Assembly (NCBI RefSeq): GCF_039654945.1
Contig: NW_027361772.1
Span: 7,502,001-7,566,000 of the forward strand
Length of the DNA: 64,000 nucleotides
Direction of reading: 5' to 3'
Source of the DNA: Dendrobates tinctorius
Lineage: Eukaryota
Part shown: positions 1-13,700 of the stretch, in pieces
How positions within the stretch are numbered: position 1 is the first letter of the stretch
Layout of the letters: each line of letters starts with the position of its first letter
Made by a program: the position numbers and the translations under genes
The notes under the pieces: generated by a model
Told to the model about the DNA's origin: nothing
What the model saw: only the letters and a program-made list of their open reading frames with translations
Databases searched by the model: none

Positions 1-790
1 AGAGCCACACTCCACATAGAGAATAATGGAGCCTCCAGCACCAACCTCCACCCGCAGAGCCGCACTCCACATAGAGAATAATGGGGCCTCCAGCACCGAC
101 CTCCACCCGCAGAGCCGCACTCCACATAGAGAATAATGGGGCCTCCAGCACCGACCTCCACCCGCAGAGCCGCACTCCACATAGAGAATAATGGAGCCTC
201 CGGCACCGACCTCCACCCGCAGAGCCGCACTCCACATAGAGAATAATGGAGCCTCCGACACCGACCTCCACCCGCAGAGCCACACTCCACATAGAGAATA
301 ATGGAGCCTCCAGCACCGACCTCCACCCGCAGAGCCGCACTCCACATAGAGAATAATGGAGCCTCCAGCACCGACCTCCACCCGCAGAGCCACACTCCAC
401 ATAGAGAATAATGGAGCCTCCAGCACTGACCTCCACCCGCAGAGCCACACTCCACATAGAGAATAATGGAGCCTCCAGCACCAACCTCCACCCGCAGAGC
501 CGCACTCCACATAGAGAATAATGGGGCCTCCAGCACCGACCTCCACCCGCAGAGCCGCACTCCACATAGAGAATAATGGAGCCTCCAGCACCAACCTCCA
601 CCCGCAGAGCCGCAACTCCACATAGAGAATAATGGAGCCTCCAGCACCGACCTCCACCCGCAGAGCCGCACTCCACATAGAGAATAATGGAGCCTCCAGC
701 ACCGACCTCCACCCGCAGAGCCGCACTCCACATAGAGAATAATGGAGCCTCCAGCACTGACCTCCATCCGCAGAGCCGCACTCCACATAC
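1..790. repeat. 55-bp minisatellite (AGAGCCGCACTCCACATAGAGAATAATGGAGCCTCCAGCACCGACCTCCACCCGC), about 14 copies
   Basis: Direct tandem periodicity; truncated by the window start. Confidence 0.95.
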
Positions 791-1129
791 ATGGCTGCTC
801 TCAGTGCTCTGTGCTGTGCGCACAGGACCTGTGATGAGGTCACAGGAGGGGAGGAGACAGGGGTCACATGGGGCCCTGACACCTTACCTCCTGTGATCTC
901 ATCACAAGCCTTTGCACGCTACCAGCAGCACCAGCGTTCACGCTACTTGTAGATGCTGCTGGTAGCAGAGCACATAATGCCGCCCCCACGGTCACTCACT
1001 TTTAGGTGGGGAGAAGATGGAGTGCCATTGCAGCAGCCAGCAGGAATGTGGTGGGGGCCCCCTTAGAAGCTCTTGTGGTGGGGGCCCCGGGGATGAAGCC
1101 CCGCCTGCCCTGCCTATAATCCGGCCCTG
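1..1129. mobile_element. Right end of a minisatellite-bearing non-autonomous hAT-type DNA transposon
   Basis: Ends in ...TAATCCGGCCCTG (CAGGGCCG-type TIR). Segment 812-870 is the reverse complement of 43560-43617, which lies inside the TSD-bounded hAT element at 40622-43917. Confidence 0.6.
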
Positions 1130-1131
1130 CG

Positions 1132-1238
1132 CGGTGGCGGATTATAATGGGGCAATTTACTGGCCTGGGCTGTGGGCCCCTTAACCCCACTGGGCCCGGG
1201 GCAACTGCCCAAATTGACCTCATTATAATCCGCCACTG
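1132..1238. mobile_element. Small MITE
   Basis: TIRs CGGTGGCGGATTATAATG ... CATTATAATCCGCCACTG; it interrupts the retroviral integrase 3' end. Confidence 0.75.
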
Positions 1239-2076
1239 CTTGCTGTAACCATTCATCCCTTTGCACTACGGCTTGTTGCGGACTAGGAAGTACAATGTCA
1301 CTTGGCAACTGAACAGACATCTGTCTCCCCGTCATTAATTCAAATGGGGAGATCCCGGTGGATTTTGATGCAACAGCTCGGACGGCTAACAGGATAGCCG
1401 ATAAATTACTAACCCGATCATTGCCTTTTTCTTGAATCATTTTGGACAGTTTGAACTTTAGGGTTCTGTTCATGCATTCTACCATCCTGGCAGATTGCGG
1501 ATGATAACGGACTTGAAACCAATGCTGGATCCCCAGCAGAGCACAAAGGTGCATCATAACCTGTCCCACAAAGTGAGAGCCATTGTCACTTTCAATTATT
1601 TTAGAGAAACGCTAATGTGATAAAACATTTTTCCACAAGAGTCTGGCTGTGGTAAGGGCAGTATTGTTTGTGGCCTGGAGTGCCTCTACCTATTTTGAAA
1701 AGACATCCACTAAGACCAGGGCATATCGGAAGCGACCTTTAGCAGGAGGGAAGCGGCCAATGAAATCTATTTGGATAGACTGCCAAGGACCCTCCGCTAT
1801 TTGTATTCTGCGGAGATGGGGTTTGCCTTTTCCTTTGGGATTGTTCTGTAAGCAAATAAGGCTTTCATCATGTATCTCATGGCACAAAGTTCTTAATTGG
1901 GTATGCCACATTTTGTTTTGTACAAGCTCCAGTAGAGCCTCTGGTTCTAGATGAGCGAAAACTGAATGGTTAAATTTAATCAAAGGCTTGATCATTGTTG
2001 TGGGGATGTAAGGCACCAGCCTATCATTAACCCTTTTGTAATACTGGCACTCCCCTTTTTCAATGGGCAGGAAAGC
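1239..2076 (-). pseudogene. Retroviral integrase (disrupted)
   Basis: GPWQSIQIDFIGRFPPAKGRFRYALVLVDVFSK* ... ESDNGSHFVGQ ... YHPQSARMVECMNRTLK; in-frame stops. Confidence 0.9.
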
Positions 2077-2466
2077 TGTAAGGAGTAGCAAGAGTGGACC
2101 CTCTTGGTCACGGTACCTGGATCCCTGGGGCGAGCTGGCCAGGTGGTGCGGTACCCTATACAGGGACCGTTAGGAGCAGGCCCGAAGGAGTCGAATACCG
2201 CGACAGCTGATACCAAGAGGGGCGGCTCAGGTGCGGATAAGACAAACAAGGCAGAGGGTCAGGAGCGACTGGAGTCAGGAGCGACCGGAGTCAGGAGCGA
2301 CCAGACGGGGCCAGAGTACCGTAAGGAAGGCACACGATAATAAGGTACCTCCATGAGGGGGGAGACCCCAGGAGCAGGCAGAGCGGGACCCGGCGAGACA
2401 GGTGACGCCAGCCCCGACCTGACAGGCGGCACTAGTATCCACCTGCCAGGCAGCGCCGGCGTGACA
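2077..2466. mobile_element. Solo LTR inserted into the retroviral pol between RNase H and integrase
   Basis: TGTAAGG...CGTGACA termini; 5-bp TSD AAAGC/AAATC (one mismatch). Removing it rejoins the pol frame ...NCLD|FLPIEKGE. Confidence 0.7.
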
Positions 2467-2599
2467 AAATCAAGGCAATTGAATAGGAGGTACTCAAGGG
2501 AATAGGGATGAGTCTCCGCCCTTCTCCTGTGCCTTTATGAGGTCTTGAAAAGGAGAAAAAACAAGGGGGCTCTCGGGGCTTTTTAGTGACTGCAGGGAT

Positions 2600-4900
2600 G
2601 ACCTCTTGGGGATATTTGTCATCACCTGTAAGGGCGGCTTCCTTGGCTGAGTGATCCACATATGCATTGCCAAGAGTGTGTGGGTCAGGAGTCAGCTTCT
2701 GGAGGCCTTCAATTTTACAGAAGGACCATAAGTTTGGGAATTCTTTGCCCCGCTGCACAATTTGAGAATATCTGCATGTTGTAAGAGCTTATTTTGTAAA
2801 TCTACCATCCCCTCAGGACCCAAACATTGAGATACAGAGTGAGGGAGGAAACAACATATGCACTATCACTGAAAATGTTCATAGGTTCGGTGCACACAAG
2901 AATGACCTGTAGAGCTGCTTCCAATTCAGCTCTGTGGGAATAGAGGTAACCTGGGAGTCTATACTGCAGTAGCAGTGGCTTAGCTTGGAACCACCTCGAA
3001 TCATGCAACGTAGCGCCCTTCATGCCAATATCGAGCTTCGTCAATATAAGCACAAGGGATTCACTCCTGGAAATCTGCTCAGAAGGGGGAGGGAGTGACA
3101 TTAGCCTGTTCAATTTGTCAATCGTGACTCCCCCCCGCATACTGCATCATCTGGGTTAGGTGATATTTCTCAACATCTTCGACTTGTATGTCTCTGGTCT
3201 CAAATTCAATGATCCATTGAGCCATTCTCTGTGAATTAATACCTGAAGCTTTTCCTGTCAACAAAGTTTTTAAAGTGACGTGGGGTTTGCAAAATTAAAG
3301 AAGCAAATCCCACTATGTGTCTCACTTGATTCATAGTCCAGGGCACACCTGGTAGGTGCTTCATGCACAAAGTGAATCCTTTCTCCATGGGGGTGAGCAA
3401 CCTAGAGTAGTAGCCTAGGGCATACAGATGACTAGACACTTTGGGGCTATCTTTGGGCCATTTTTGTAAAAGCACCGAGGAAATGAATATATCATCGGTG
3501 TGAGCTTGGATGGAAAAGGGTTGGGTAGGGTCAGGGTTACCCAGTGTGGTGGCTGACGTAAGGGAGAGCTTCAAACCTTCAAAAGCCTGCAAGGCGTCTC
3601 CCTCTATATTGACAGGGACAAAATCATTATTAACATCTTTTAGTAAATCATACAGTGGCTTAGCCAGATGACCAAAAAATTTGTGAGCTCAGTAATTTTA
3701 GTTGGCATGTGGACAGCTTGAATAGCTTTAACCCTATCATGCATGGGTTTCTTTCCTTCTACTGAGACAGACACACCCAAAAATTTAACCTCTGACCTCA
3801 TCAATTGTACTTTATCTAGACTTATTTTGAGTCCTGCATCTTGTAAAGCCTGGCAAACATTCTCAAGGGTCTCTTTGTGTTCACATTCATCAACAGTTTG
3901 AGTCAATAAATCATCCACATATTGTAGGACTTTGTCTCGTAGCCAAGAGGTTCTAACACCTGAGCCAATGTCTGATGGAAATACACAGGAGAACTGTGAA
4001 ATCCCATGGGCAACCGCGTAAACAAGTATTGCACATTCTCAAAAGTGAATGCGAAGCGGAGTGCAGATTCAGGTGTTAGGGGTACTGAGAAAAAGCCATT
4101 TGCAATGTCTAAACATGAAAACACAATCACTCCTCAGCTGTGACATAACTTCAGGGAAAGATGCAACAAGGTGAGCTGCTGAGGGGGTGTACTTATTTAC
4201 AAGTCTCAAGTCAACAACCATTCTAAAGCTGCCATCTTGGTTTTTTTTTTACAGGTAAAATGGGACTGTTACATGGAGAATTGCCTTTCACAACAACACC
4301 TTGTTTTTCTAATTCACTGACCGCAACCCTTATGTAATGGATTGCATCCTCGGGAATGAAATACTGGCGTGGAAATGTGGCAACCTTTCACCATCAATTT
4401 TAACTTGAGTTTGCATTAACCCGCAATCAGTTTTCTTTTAGATCCACAATTCAGGGAACCTTTGCTTCAGTTCAATTTTTAAAACATCATTGTCAACATT
4501 TTCATTAGTACATAATCCTAGACTGGCAATGGGTAATTTGTGACTCTCCTCCTCCTCTTCCTCCACAGGTACAATTACAGAACAAATAGTTGCTTCTTTG
4601 TTCCTTCACAAGACTTTGTTGCACAAATTAACAACAATCCTCATTGCTTCCAAAACATCAGTACCCAAAATAGTGGACCGCAACTGTGGATATACCCAAA
4701 AAGCACATTGAAGAACCTTTTTCTTCGATCTCCCTGCATACTGAAATCTCAGGTTCACTAGATGACTTTTTTCTGCTTGAACACAGGAGCCCTCAAATCC
4801 TACCAAAGTGGTAGTCTCAGGCAGTCCAGAGGTTGACTGCAATTTCTGTCCTGTTGCTGAAACTGAGGCTCCTGTATCGATGAGGATGTCATCTCAAGGC
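2600..4900 (-). pseudogene. Retroviral protease, RT, tether and RNase H (frameshifted)
   Basis: DTGA, YVDD, LPMGF and DSAY motifs across several frames. Confidence 0.9.
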
Positions 4901-4999
4901 AACCCCTCTACTCTCCCCCTGACCCCTGACATAAGGTCGTCCGTCCTTGCCCATGGAGAGGGGAGCAAGGATGTCAAGGGGAACAGGGGGAGCACCCCA

Positions 5000-6521
5000 T
5001 CATTCGATGTTTCCTGCAGTGGGAAGCCCAAAAAATCCATCATCTTCATCAATATGTAGCTTCCGTTCAACAACTCCAACCTCTGCCCCAGAGAAATCCT
5101 CAGTAAGATTTCGGTCCTCATGTTCCCGTAACTCCCTGATCAGAGGAGCATAGGGATGAGGAGGAGTGACCACTCCCTGAGTGGCATGGATCTTCTGGCA
5201 TGAATTATTGCAAGCTACTGGGGAGGGAGCAGGAGCAAAAGGCTCCTGAGAGACTGGGTTAACCATTTGAAAACCGTTATACTGCTGATACTGCCTAAGG
5301 TCATTCACCACTGGATACGGAGGTCTAACTCCGGAAGGAGGTTTGGAGAACTCTCGGAGATGCTGGAGGTTAAATGGAACCCGGGGTTCTTGAGGTTTAG
5401 TCCCTGGTACAAAATTGGGACAAAAACATCTAAAGTGCCCAAGCTGCCCACAAAATTAACACATAGGAGGACCCCTTGTGGGATTCTGGGGGGATCTGTC
5501 GAATGGGACCTGCCCATTCTTGCCAGCTGCGCCTAACCCCAGGAATTCCTGGTCCCCTTGAATAAGTAGATGCACCCCGAGGTGAATGGTACGCAAAAAC
5601 ATTGGACTCATCACCCTTCACCTCTGCATTGTCCTAACATTGGTCAACATAGCCTCCCAACACCTTCAATAGATTCAGCATTCTGCAAAACTCCTGATTT
5701 AAAAACCCCTTCCAAGGTACCTTTTTCACAAATTGTTCCATCATAGCAAATTTATCACCCCGGTCATAGAATCTAAGGTTTTATCGAACACAACACACCA
5801 GGCTGCAACCCATTTATCTGCTTCTATTCTGAGATCACTCCCCTTCTTAATTTTAAAGGAATCTAACAATGCCGGAGAAGGCTTCCTCCCTCTAACTTGT
5901 GTGAGATCGCAAACTTCATTCTCCCTTGGGATTCTGTTAGATCATATTGAATTCCTTGTGCTTGCTGAGCTTTAAGATGGGACATGAACTCAGGAGGCAC
6001 AAAAGACATGAAATAATGGGAAGCATCTTCCTTAGATTTAATCTGAAATTTATCCAGCCATGATTCAAAACCAAGAACATTACAAAACACTCCCTTACTT
6101 TCCTTACTTTCCTCCCAATTAGGCTGATTTTTAACAAATTTAAGATGGACCAGGGACATTTGGCCAGGGCTGTTCTAGTGGTACAAGCTGCATCAAATTT
6201 AAACTCCACCTGGGATGAATCATCTCTTTCCTCATCATCTACAAAATCTTTCCTTAACTGTGTCGTCATAACCTGCAGCTGTTGGGACACTATATCTTCT
6301 TTTCTTGTATACTCACTCACCCATTCTCCTAACTTTCTTCTCCACTCTAGAACTGTATCTACATCAGCACCACTTTTAGAAGCTTCCATGTCCATCTGTG
6401 ACATAACTGCTCTCAGCTGCTGCAGCTCACACCCATCCCGCTCTGCTTCTTCTGCTAGCTTCAGCATCTCATTCAGCTTTTCTAATCTCTCCCCATATGC
6501 TGCCCCTCCCCAGGTGATCAT
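5000..6521 (-). pseudogene. gag-like region with an N-terminal coiled-coil segment (fragmented)
   Basis: Lies upstream of the protease. ORF 5937-6521 is helical and E/L/K/Q-rich; a proline-rich C-terminal stretch lies at 5000-5500. No CCHC knuckle seen. Confidence 0.55.
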
Positions 6522-9155
6522 GTTAACATATTGTCATGTAGGCTGCCTATCAATAGCCTGATAGCCTGATCAAAAGCTACGACTGTCTTACACAAAGCCG
6601 CTACCCAGCTACTAGCTTTCTCTAGCTACTTTTTCTTATCTAGTTCCCTATTTTATTCTGTGAACCAACCCATAGTTTAACCACATGTTTGCAACATTAA
6701 CCCCCTCCAGCTGGGGTGTGCTAGCATGCTTCTTTGCCTGCTACCGTAACTACTCCATACTTAGTGGCCTACAAGGATGAGTTTTCTCTGTACTGGTATG
6801 AACCAGTGCAATTCAAGCAAAAGTTAGATACTCACACCTCTCTGTTTGGAGGACCTGCTGCAGACTTGAGTCGACCAAAAGAGGTGTGGCTGCTTTTCCA
6901 GCCTCTCTTGCTACACTTGCCAGGCGTCTCCCATCCCCTTTTAAAGCCTCTTGCTACCAGGCACAAAACTTCTCACGTCCTTGTAGATAACTCATGTAGC
7001 GGTTTCTTCTTGGTTGCGCATATATTTTTATAGTCCTTTTTTTGTACTTATCAAAATCGGACAGACTTGGAGCGATTCACGAAAGGTTCTCCTTCAGGCT
7101 GGCTTACTTTGAGCGATTTAACGCATGGCCATGCGCGATTTTTTATTTTTTTCACCCTTCCAGCCTCAAACCCTCATCTACAAATCCATCCAGTGGTTCT
7201 TCTAGAGGCAGCTCTCCAGAGCCGCTCCTCCTGGCTGGCTCACCACTTGTAAAGCAGTCCTTACTGAGAGCTGGAAGAGCCGGGAAAAATATGTAGACAA
7301 TCCTCTTATCAAGCTGAGACTGAAGTTTATTCGGAGATTTCGCAGCAGAACAGCACATGGAAAAGTCAGTGAGACGAAGCATGCAGGCACGAACAGGAGT
7401 CCAGACAGACATAGTAACGCTGGGATATCTGGCGATGGTCTGGCCCCGAACTATATCATAGGGGCTTTTTATACATGATACAGACACAGACAAAGAACGC
7501 ACATCAGCAAAAGGGCGTATACATGATAACATACAATGGTTAAGTGTAATGATTTTAAGGCTCTTTTCACCAAACTCCATTCGAACTCCTAAATCTCCAT
7601 GTTCCTCTTAGCCACTGTCATTAATCACATCACATCTTAACCCTGCCCTGTAATTATCACTATATTGACAACTATACTGTATATTTCTGTTTTCCAATAT
7701 CACTACAACAGATACACTTATTTAGTACCATATGTTGCCCTGCAGCTGATTCAGTTAACCTATGTGTATGTCCACAATACCTGCTAATGGCCATGATCTC
7801 GTCTGGTGTCTCCAGTCTGTCTAGGGCTTCCAAAAGTGCATCTTATTAACTTTTTATAAGCAAAATCAGTTGGTTTCTAACTTTGCACAAGATGGCTGCT
7901 AGAGCCAACATGGCCGCCCAGAATGCGAGGACTTCTCATTCTCTTACAGCGCCAGTTGACTTTTCCAGCACATGCTCATTCCTGTCCACCTGTTGTACCG
8001 CTCAACCATCCAATACTACTCCCCTACTCACTTAGTAAGATGGCGGAGTGGTATTGGATGGGTTATTTGTGCTATAAGAGAGCTGGGGTAAGGTTTATAT
8101 TAATCACACAACCACTTTAAAGGGAACCTGTTGCTAGTTTTTTAGGTGTGAACCAATGTCACCACCTTTTTGAGCACTTGTACTGCATTACTTAAATGTG
8201 TCCATCATCCCCTAACTTTCCATGTATGCCACCAAAAATACCTTTTTATTTTCTCCTCCACTCTATGTAAATGCTTTTGGTCTGATCCGATGAGCGTCAT
8301 TTCTCGTCTGTGCCGCCTCTTTGTCCTCAAAAGACATCTTCCGGCTTTGATTAATGTGGATGACGCATCTAGCATCATCCACATAGCATAAGAAATCTTG
8401 CGACTGCGCATTAGCATCATCGGCTAATGCAGGCGCACATTCATCTGCCCTACTGCGGGAAGAGCACAGAACATAAGTGCGCACTCACCCAACAAACGTC
8501 ATTATGGCTCCTTCTTACCGGAGCCAATTCCTCGACCACTGTTGCAGGCCACAAGAAGAAAAATAGCAAAGTGAAGACATTATATAAAAGCAATGTCTTC
8601 AGAGAGGGTGTTGGAACGATTTCTCCACCTTTGCAGGTCCACATACTTCAATACTGAAGACTGTTGGAGAAAGCCAGTTACATGTAATGTCCAAGAATGA
8701 TGTCCGCTTTCAAACTAAAATGTCCCAAAAACTTCAGCTGGTTCAAAGTGATAAAGTCCATTTATTCTCAACGAATGCTCCTCTGCTGCCTCTTTGCTGC
8801 TCCCAGTCTTTGTTGACATGGCTGCACAGGTGACTTCATGTCTACATCATGCGACCGCTACATCCAATTACTGGGCTCGACAGTCATGCTGTGGTAGACA
8901 GCATGGAACCCCCTGATTGGCTGAAGTGGTCACTGTAGACATACCGTTCACACTGCATCCATGTCAGGTAAGACTGGGGACAGCAGAGAGACAGCGCCGG
9001 AGCGGCTGTCTGTAAGAGAAATTGATTTGATCTTAGGTTACTTAAATCACTGGACTTGGCAGTCATGCTGAGGTAATTAGCATGAGACCACGGAGCCTCA
9101 TGATTAGTTGCACAAGTGGTCACAAGCTTTAGACATGAGATCACTACTGCAGCTA

Positions 9156-10042
9156 TGTCACCAATGCCTGGCAGAGAGGTGGCACTGGTTGTGGCTGTAC
9201 GTAGACCTGATTTGGGGTTAGTTTAAGTCAGCTGAAATCTTTGGAAGATTTTAGATAGGAGCCCTCACAAGGGTAGAATTTAGAATATGATGATTTGTAA
9301 TAGTGGCTGTATGCATGGTCACCTGGCAGCTCTAAATATGGCTTCCATAGACATGCTTTGTGCTAGATACTCTTGACTATCAAGTCCCAGGGTTGCCCTG
9401 ACCTTCACCCTTTAACTCCTGTTCAGGAATGTTTACTTACACAGGGACCTGGATTGAGTCCACAGAGTAGGCACTGGCTGGTGGAACAGTCTAGCAGGAA
9501 TGGTCAGGTCGCCAGGTTCAAACCAGGAGGTTAGACAAAGGACAAAATTGTTGGTCAGAAGAATTGTCGGTGAACGAACCAAGTTCAAGCTGGAAATCAA
9601 ACAGTCAAGCAGAAGGACAACTGCAGAATAAAACCAGGGCAAGACTAAACTATAACTGGCAACTCCCAGCAGTAAGCTGTGGGTTTAAATAGGGTGTGGT
9701 GCTGTTCTATTGGTCAAAGTAGGGAGCTGATTACTCCAGCTGGACAGCACATTCGCCCATACTGCCAGACTGTACAGGGCACAGCCGCCCTAGCCTGTGT
9801 GGTTGGATAAAGCATGCACCCAGAGCTCCTGGTCTTGACGTATCCTCCATCACCCACGCTGCCCACTGAATGAATACAGCAGAGTCTGGTGACAGTAGCA
9901 GAAGTCACAGGAGCAGATGCAGGAGGAGAGGTGACACTATTCCAGTGATGGTTGATATCTATTCCAGATGTCATAAAATTTCTAATGCCTGTGAATTATC
10001 ACCTGAACCACAGTTCTAATGTCTCACCTCTGCGATGTTACA
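9156..10042. mobile_element. Probable degraded solo LTR; related fragment at about 20820-21053
   Basis: TGTCA...TTACA termini, TATA-like TTTAAATAGGG, and shared sequence between 9770-9930 and 20840-20990. No clean TSD. Confidence 0.4.
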
Positions 10043-10174
10043 AAACTACACGATATGTGAGTTTACATGTGGGTATTCGTATTGTACTTTTTCATTTAAA
10101 ATTTTATGTACAAATTTAAATTTGAACCTTGATTTTCCAAAAATACACATATGTATTTTTTTAAGACGTGTTTC

Positions 10175-10180
10175 TTTAAT
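10175..10180 (-). terminator. Probable polyadenylation signal (ATTAAA) of il1b copy A after an AU-rich 3'UTR
   Basis: ATTAAA on the minus strand, conserved in copy B (about 28293-28298), close to where the paralogous 3'UTR similarity ends. Confidence 0.5.
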
Positions 10181-10712
10181 ATATCATTCTATATATTAAC
10201 ATTGTAAAGTTATCTTACTGTACAGTGCATTTTCATTTATGTTGTTTCTATTAATGCCTCCTGAAATAGCATAAAAACAAATTTTTTTCATAAAAATAAT
10301 AATTTACAAGTTATAGACAAAATACAAAACGGTAGGAAATTAAAAACTATTACGTAATATAAAACAATAATATTAAATATAGCTTTACACAACATATGAA
10401 CTCTTCATGGAGCTACTGATCTCTAACTGAGAAATTAAACTTTATGAAAGTATTGGGTATTACAACAGATTCTGTTGTTATTTCTAAGAACACTTTGTAC
10501 ATAAGAGTCAAGAGTACGGTTTTTCTCTATGAGCGAGACACTAAGGTCGGGTTTATGTAAAATTTTCATTCAAACGCTCATGATCTTCAGGACAATGTTG
10601 GGTGAAATTTACAAATGTCTCAAAATTGTGGCCAGAAGTGCTGGTATATACAGAGTGAAGGAATTAATTACAATATGTGCACGGTACATATACACAGTGG
10701 TTGGATCGCAAA

Positions 10713-13700
10713 CTATAAATTTGGATTCATTATGAAATCTTGCAGGAAGGTTTGATTGTTCTCTGGCATTAATTGCACCGGCTGCCGCTCTTGCTGAGAT
10801 GTGCTGATATAGTAGCCCGGGAAGGCGGCGGATTCAAAGGAGTTGTACCTAGTGCTGCTCGCTTTCTTGTAGAAGATGAAGGGTAACAAGTCATCGTCCT
10901 GTTTTTGTTTAATGTCGTCCACTTCCTAAAGGAAAGACACAAAAGAGAAATTTAGGAAATTCCTGGAATAAAGACATTCACCAAATATCTAAAAAAAAAT
11001 GTTATTGATGGGATCCATAATTCATATAACGAGACAGGAAGCGTAAAGCCCGCCATACACATCAGATGGTTCTGCCGATCATCCGTCCAAGGGATCGCTT
11101 GTTCACTTAAGAGCTCCTGTGTTCTCTATGAGTGCCGCCACCAGATATGAGTGGTAGAGACTTATCTCCAGGAGATACCACCAGATATGAGTGGTAGAGG
11201 CTTATCTCCAGGAGATACCACCAGATATGAGTGGTAGAGACTTATCCCAGGAGAACAAAAGGATCGGCAGTTCAGATTCAGACGTGCAGGATCCTTAGCT
11301 TCCCCGGCAATCAATTGTCTAACACGACTGTACATATTAGAGTGTTGCCCAAACCTATTGCTATTGACAGAATAGGCTATGTGTATGGAGAGGCTTAACA
11401 CCTTTGGCATTCTTTCTCATCAATCTTAGACCAACGCAGACATAGACAAACACCCAACCTGAGAAGAGTCAGACCTCCAGTCTATACTAAGTGGGGAATT
11501 TATCAAGACTGGCATTTTGGATGCCAGTCTTGAACCTAAAGCCTGCTGGAGTAAGATGCCAAATTTATTAAGAGGTACATTTTTGGGCTGCCTATGCACC
11601 ATACAATAAAATCTTGGCCAATCCTGGTCTACTGTTGATTTCAGCTACACTGTACGCTAATTTATCACATCCATTAAGGTAGTCGTGCGGAGAGATGTCA
11701 TGATACCTTTGTGAACAAGGTTCAGGGCTAGCGGAAAAGAGCAAGAAGCCACCAAAGAGCAAGTGTGGCAAATTTTGCAACCTTGGACATAATTTTTTGC
11801 TTCCTAGGTGTCCAATTTTTGACTTCAGAATATCTGATACATATTTTAATAGAGTTATTCCCAACAACAAATGTGATCACCTATCCATAGGATGGGTGAT
11901 ACTGTATTGATCATTGTGGGTCTGACCACTAGGACCTTCACCAGTTTTAAGAACAGAGCTCTGAAATGCTCCATTATAATGGAGCTATGACTGGATTTTC
12001 CCATAGACAATGAATGGAGGGATGAACTGACCTTTAGGCTTAGGACGGGATCTGTCGTCCCCTCTTCAGGAGTGCAGCACAAATAATGTTTGCGTCCCGC
12101 AATACCCAACGTGACTGGACGCTTCTCTATATCAGGTTTTGCTGAAAAGTAGGTGCCCACATTTATTTTAGCTGCAAGAGAAGCCAAAGTGTTAATATCA
12201 CGCAATATTTTAGGAGCTAAGGTCTTGTGAGCTACAGTTAATTAATTCTATATTCTAAAAAGAATGTAAGTAAAGCCTTACCTTCTTGCTGAATGTTCTG
12301 CCCTTGTAAAAACAAGGCCAAAATGCGGGCATTGCCTTGAAATTCTTGCAGAGTTAAGCATTTCTGTTTTTGATCACGAATAACGTGCACTGTCGTCTTA
12401 TTGTACAGAAATTGAGTGCTGACTGACTCTTGCGTTTCGGCTGAATTGCAAATGATGTCTTCTGTTATAAAAAAAAAAACAATTAATATTTTTTTTTCAT
12501 TTATCAGTAACTCTCAAAAGGTTATATAGACGACATCTCTCTCTGATAAGAGTTACAACTTGGTAGTGGAGAAAATGCAATATATAAGGTAATTTTTGAA
12601 TAATTGTGAATGATCTTACCATGCACAAGGATGTGATTCAACAGGTCATCATCATTGAAATAGCTCAACGCATCAATTCCTTTTATTCCTTTCAGCTTTT
12701 CCACCACTACCACAAGCATTACGACTTTCTTGAAGCAGCTCATTGGTTTTTCGGGCTTTCTTATCTCGGGCTTTATTTTAGGAAGATAAGTTGACCAACA
12801 TTCCTCGTGGTGTTTCCATTGTAGATGCTTCTTATTGGTCTGTAGAGCAAAAAAAATTACAGGTTTGTTATTGGAATGGTCCCTAAAGATCCGCTGTCTT
12901 ATTATCACACTCGTAGATGCACTTTAAGCTCTTGTACGTTCGCCACCAGCAGAATGAAAAATTTATGATGATAAATGCATAAATATCGTCTATCAAAGAG
13001 AGCATAGATGATATTATGGGATGTAGCTATACATTCATTTATCTCACAGAAATGTGCATGAACATATGCGTATTGCAATGGGGGATAATTTTCAGACCTT
13101 AGCGCATGAGAAAAGTGGAGCCGTGGTCGGTAGCAACCGATCAGATTGCGGATTTTATTTTCCAAAGGGAAATTATTATATAAGATCTCCAATGTGATTA
13201 ATTGCATTAGCTAACTGCTCCATTTTTTCCACACACTAGTTTTGATATATTTTTACTAATATCATTATACAACAAACGTGGCTTCATAAGCTTTAATACA
13301 TCAAGAGGTTGGCCGCACCCGACACCTCCACCCATCAGCTGTTACTGGTGACCGGATGTTTTCAAATGCAACCAAAACATAGCACCGCTGTCAAAACTAC
13401 AGTAGCCGTGGCTGGGTACTGCAGGTACACCCCAGGTTTAAGAATTAAAGAAGTTGTCCACTACTTATTTATTGATGACCCTTTTTTTTAGGATAGGCTA
13501 TCAACATCTGATTGGTGGGTATGCGACATCTGGCACCTCTGCTGGTCAACCGTTACAGATGGCCGAAAGTTCTCGAATGCTGCAGGAACACAGCAGCTCT
13601 GTCAAAAACTATAGTGACCACAGCTGTATACTCCAGCTCCACCCCCCTATACTTCTGAAGAAGGTCAGGATCTGCCGTACCTGGCCACAGCCTGTATAGA

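Larger units (their letters stand above)
1239..7300 (-). mobile_element. Degraded endogenous retrovirus (spuma/foamy-like or lokiretrovirus-like) with gag-pro-RT-tether-RNaseH-IN order
   Basis: Protease ILIDTGASVS (about 4870-4890). RT motifs PRQYFIP..ELEKQGVV..NSPILPV..DGSFRMVVDLRLVNK, LDIANGFFSVPL..AFTF..YLFTRLPMGFHSSP and QYVDDLL (about 3900-4380). Degenerate RNase H tether at 3236-3592, then a second RNase H (AELEAA..NIFSDSAYV; GNAYVDHSAKEAA) at about 2630-2950. Integrase H..H..C zinc finger, IDFIG, ESDNGSHF and YHPQS..VE at 1239-2076. Many stops and frameshifts. LTRs not resolved and the upstream boundary is approximate. Confidence 0.85.

Noticed and set aside
1-790. CRISPR-like periodic array
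   Set aside because: No unique spacers; a head-to-tail minisatellite in eukaryotic DNA. The same applies to 25555-27030 and 60271-61826.
7560-8100. 5' LTR and PBS of the foamy/Loki-like element
   Set aside because: No convincing tRNA-complementary PBS, and no second LTR in the window for comparison.
12905-13207. ORF-like stretch shared with 31869-32167 in intron 3
   Set aside because: Frame not conserved between the paralogues; intronic.
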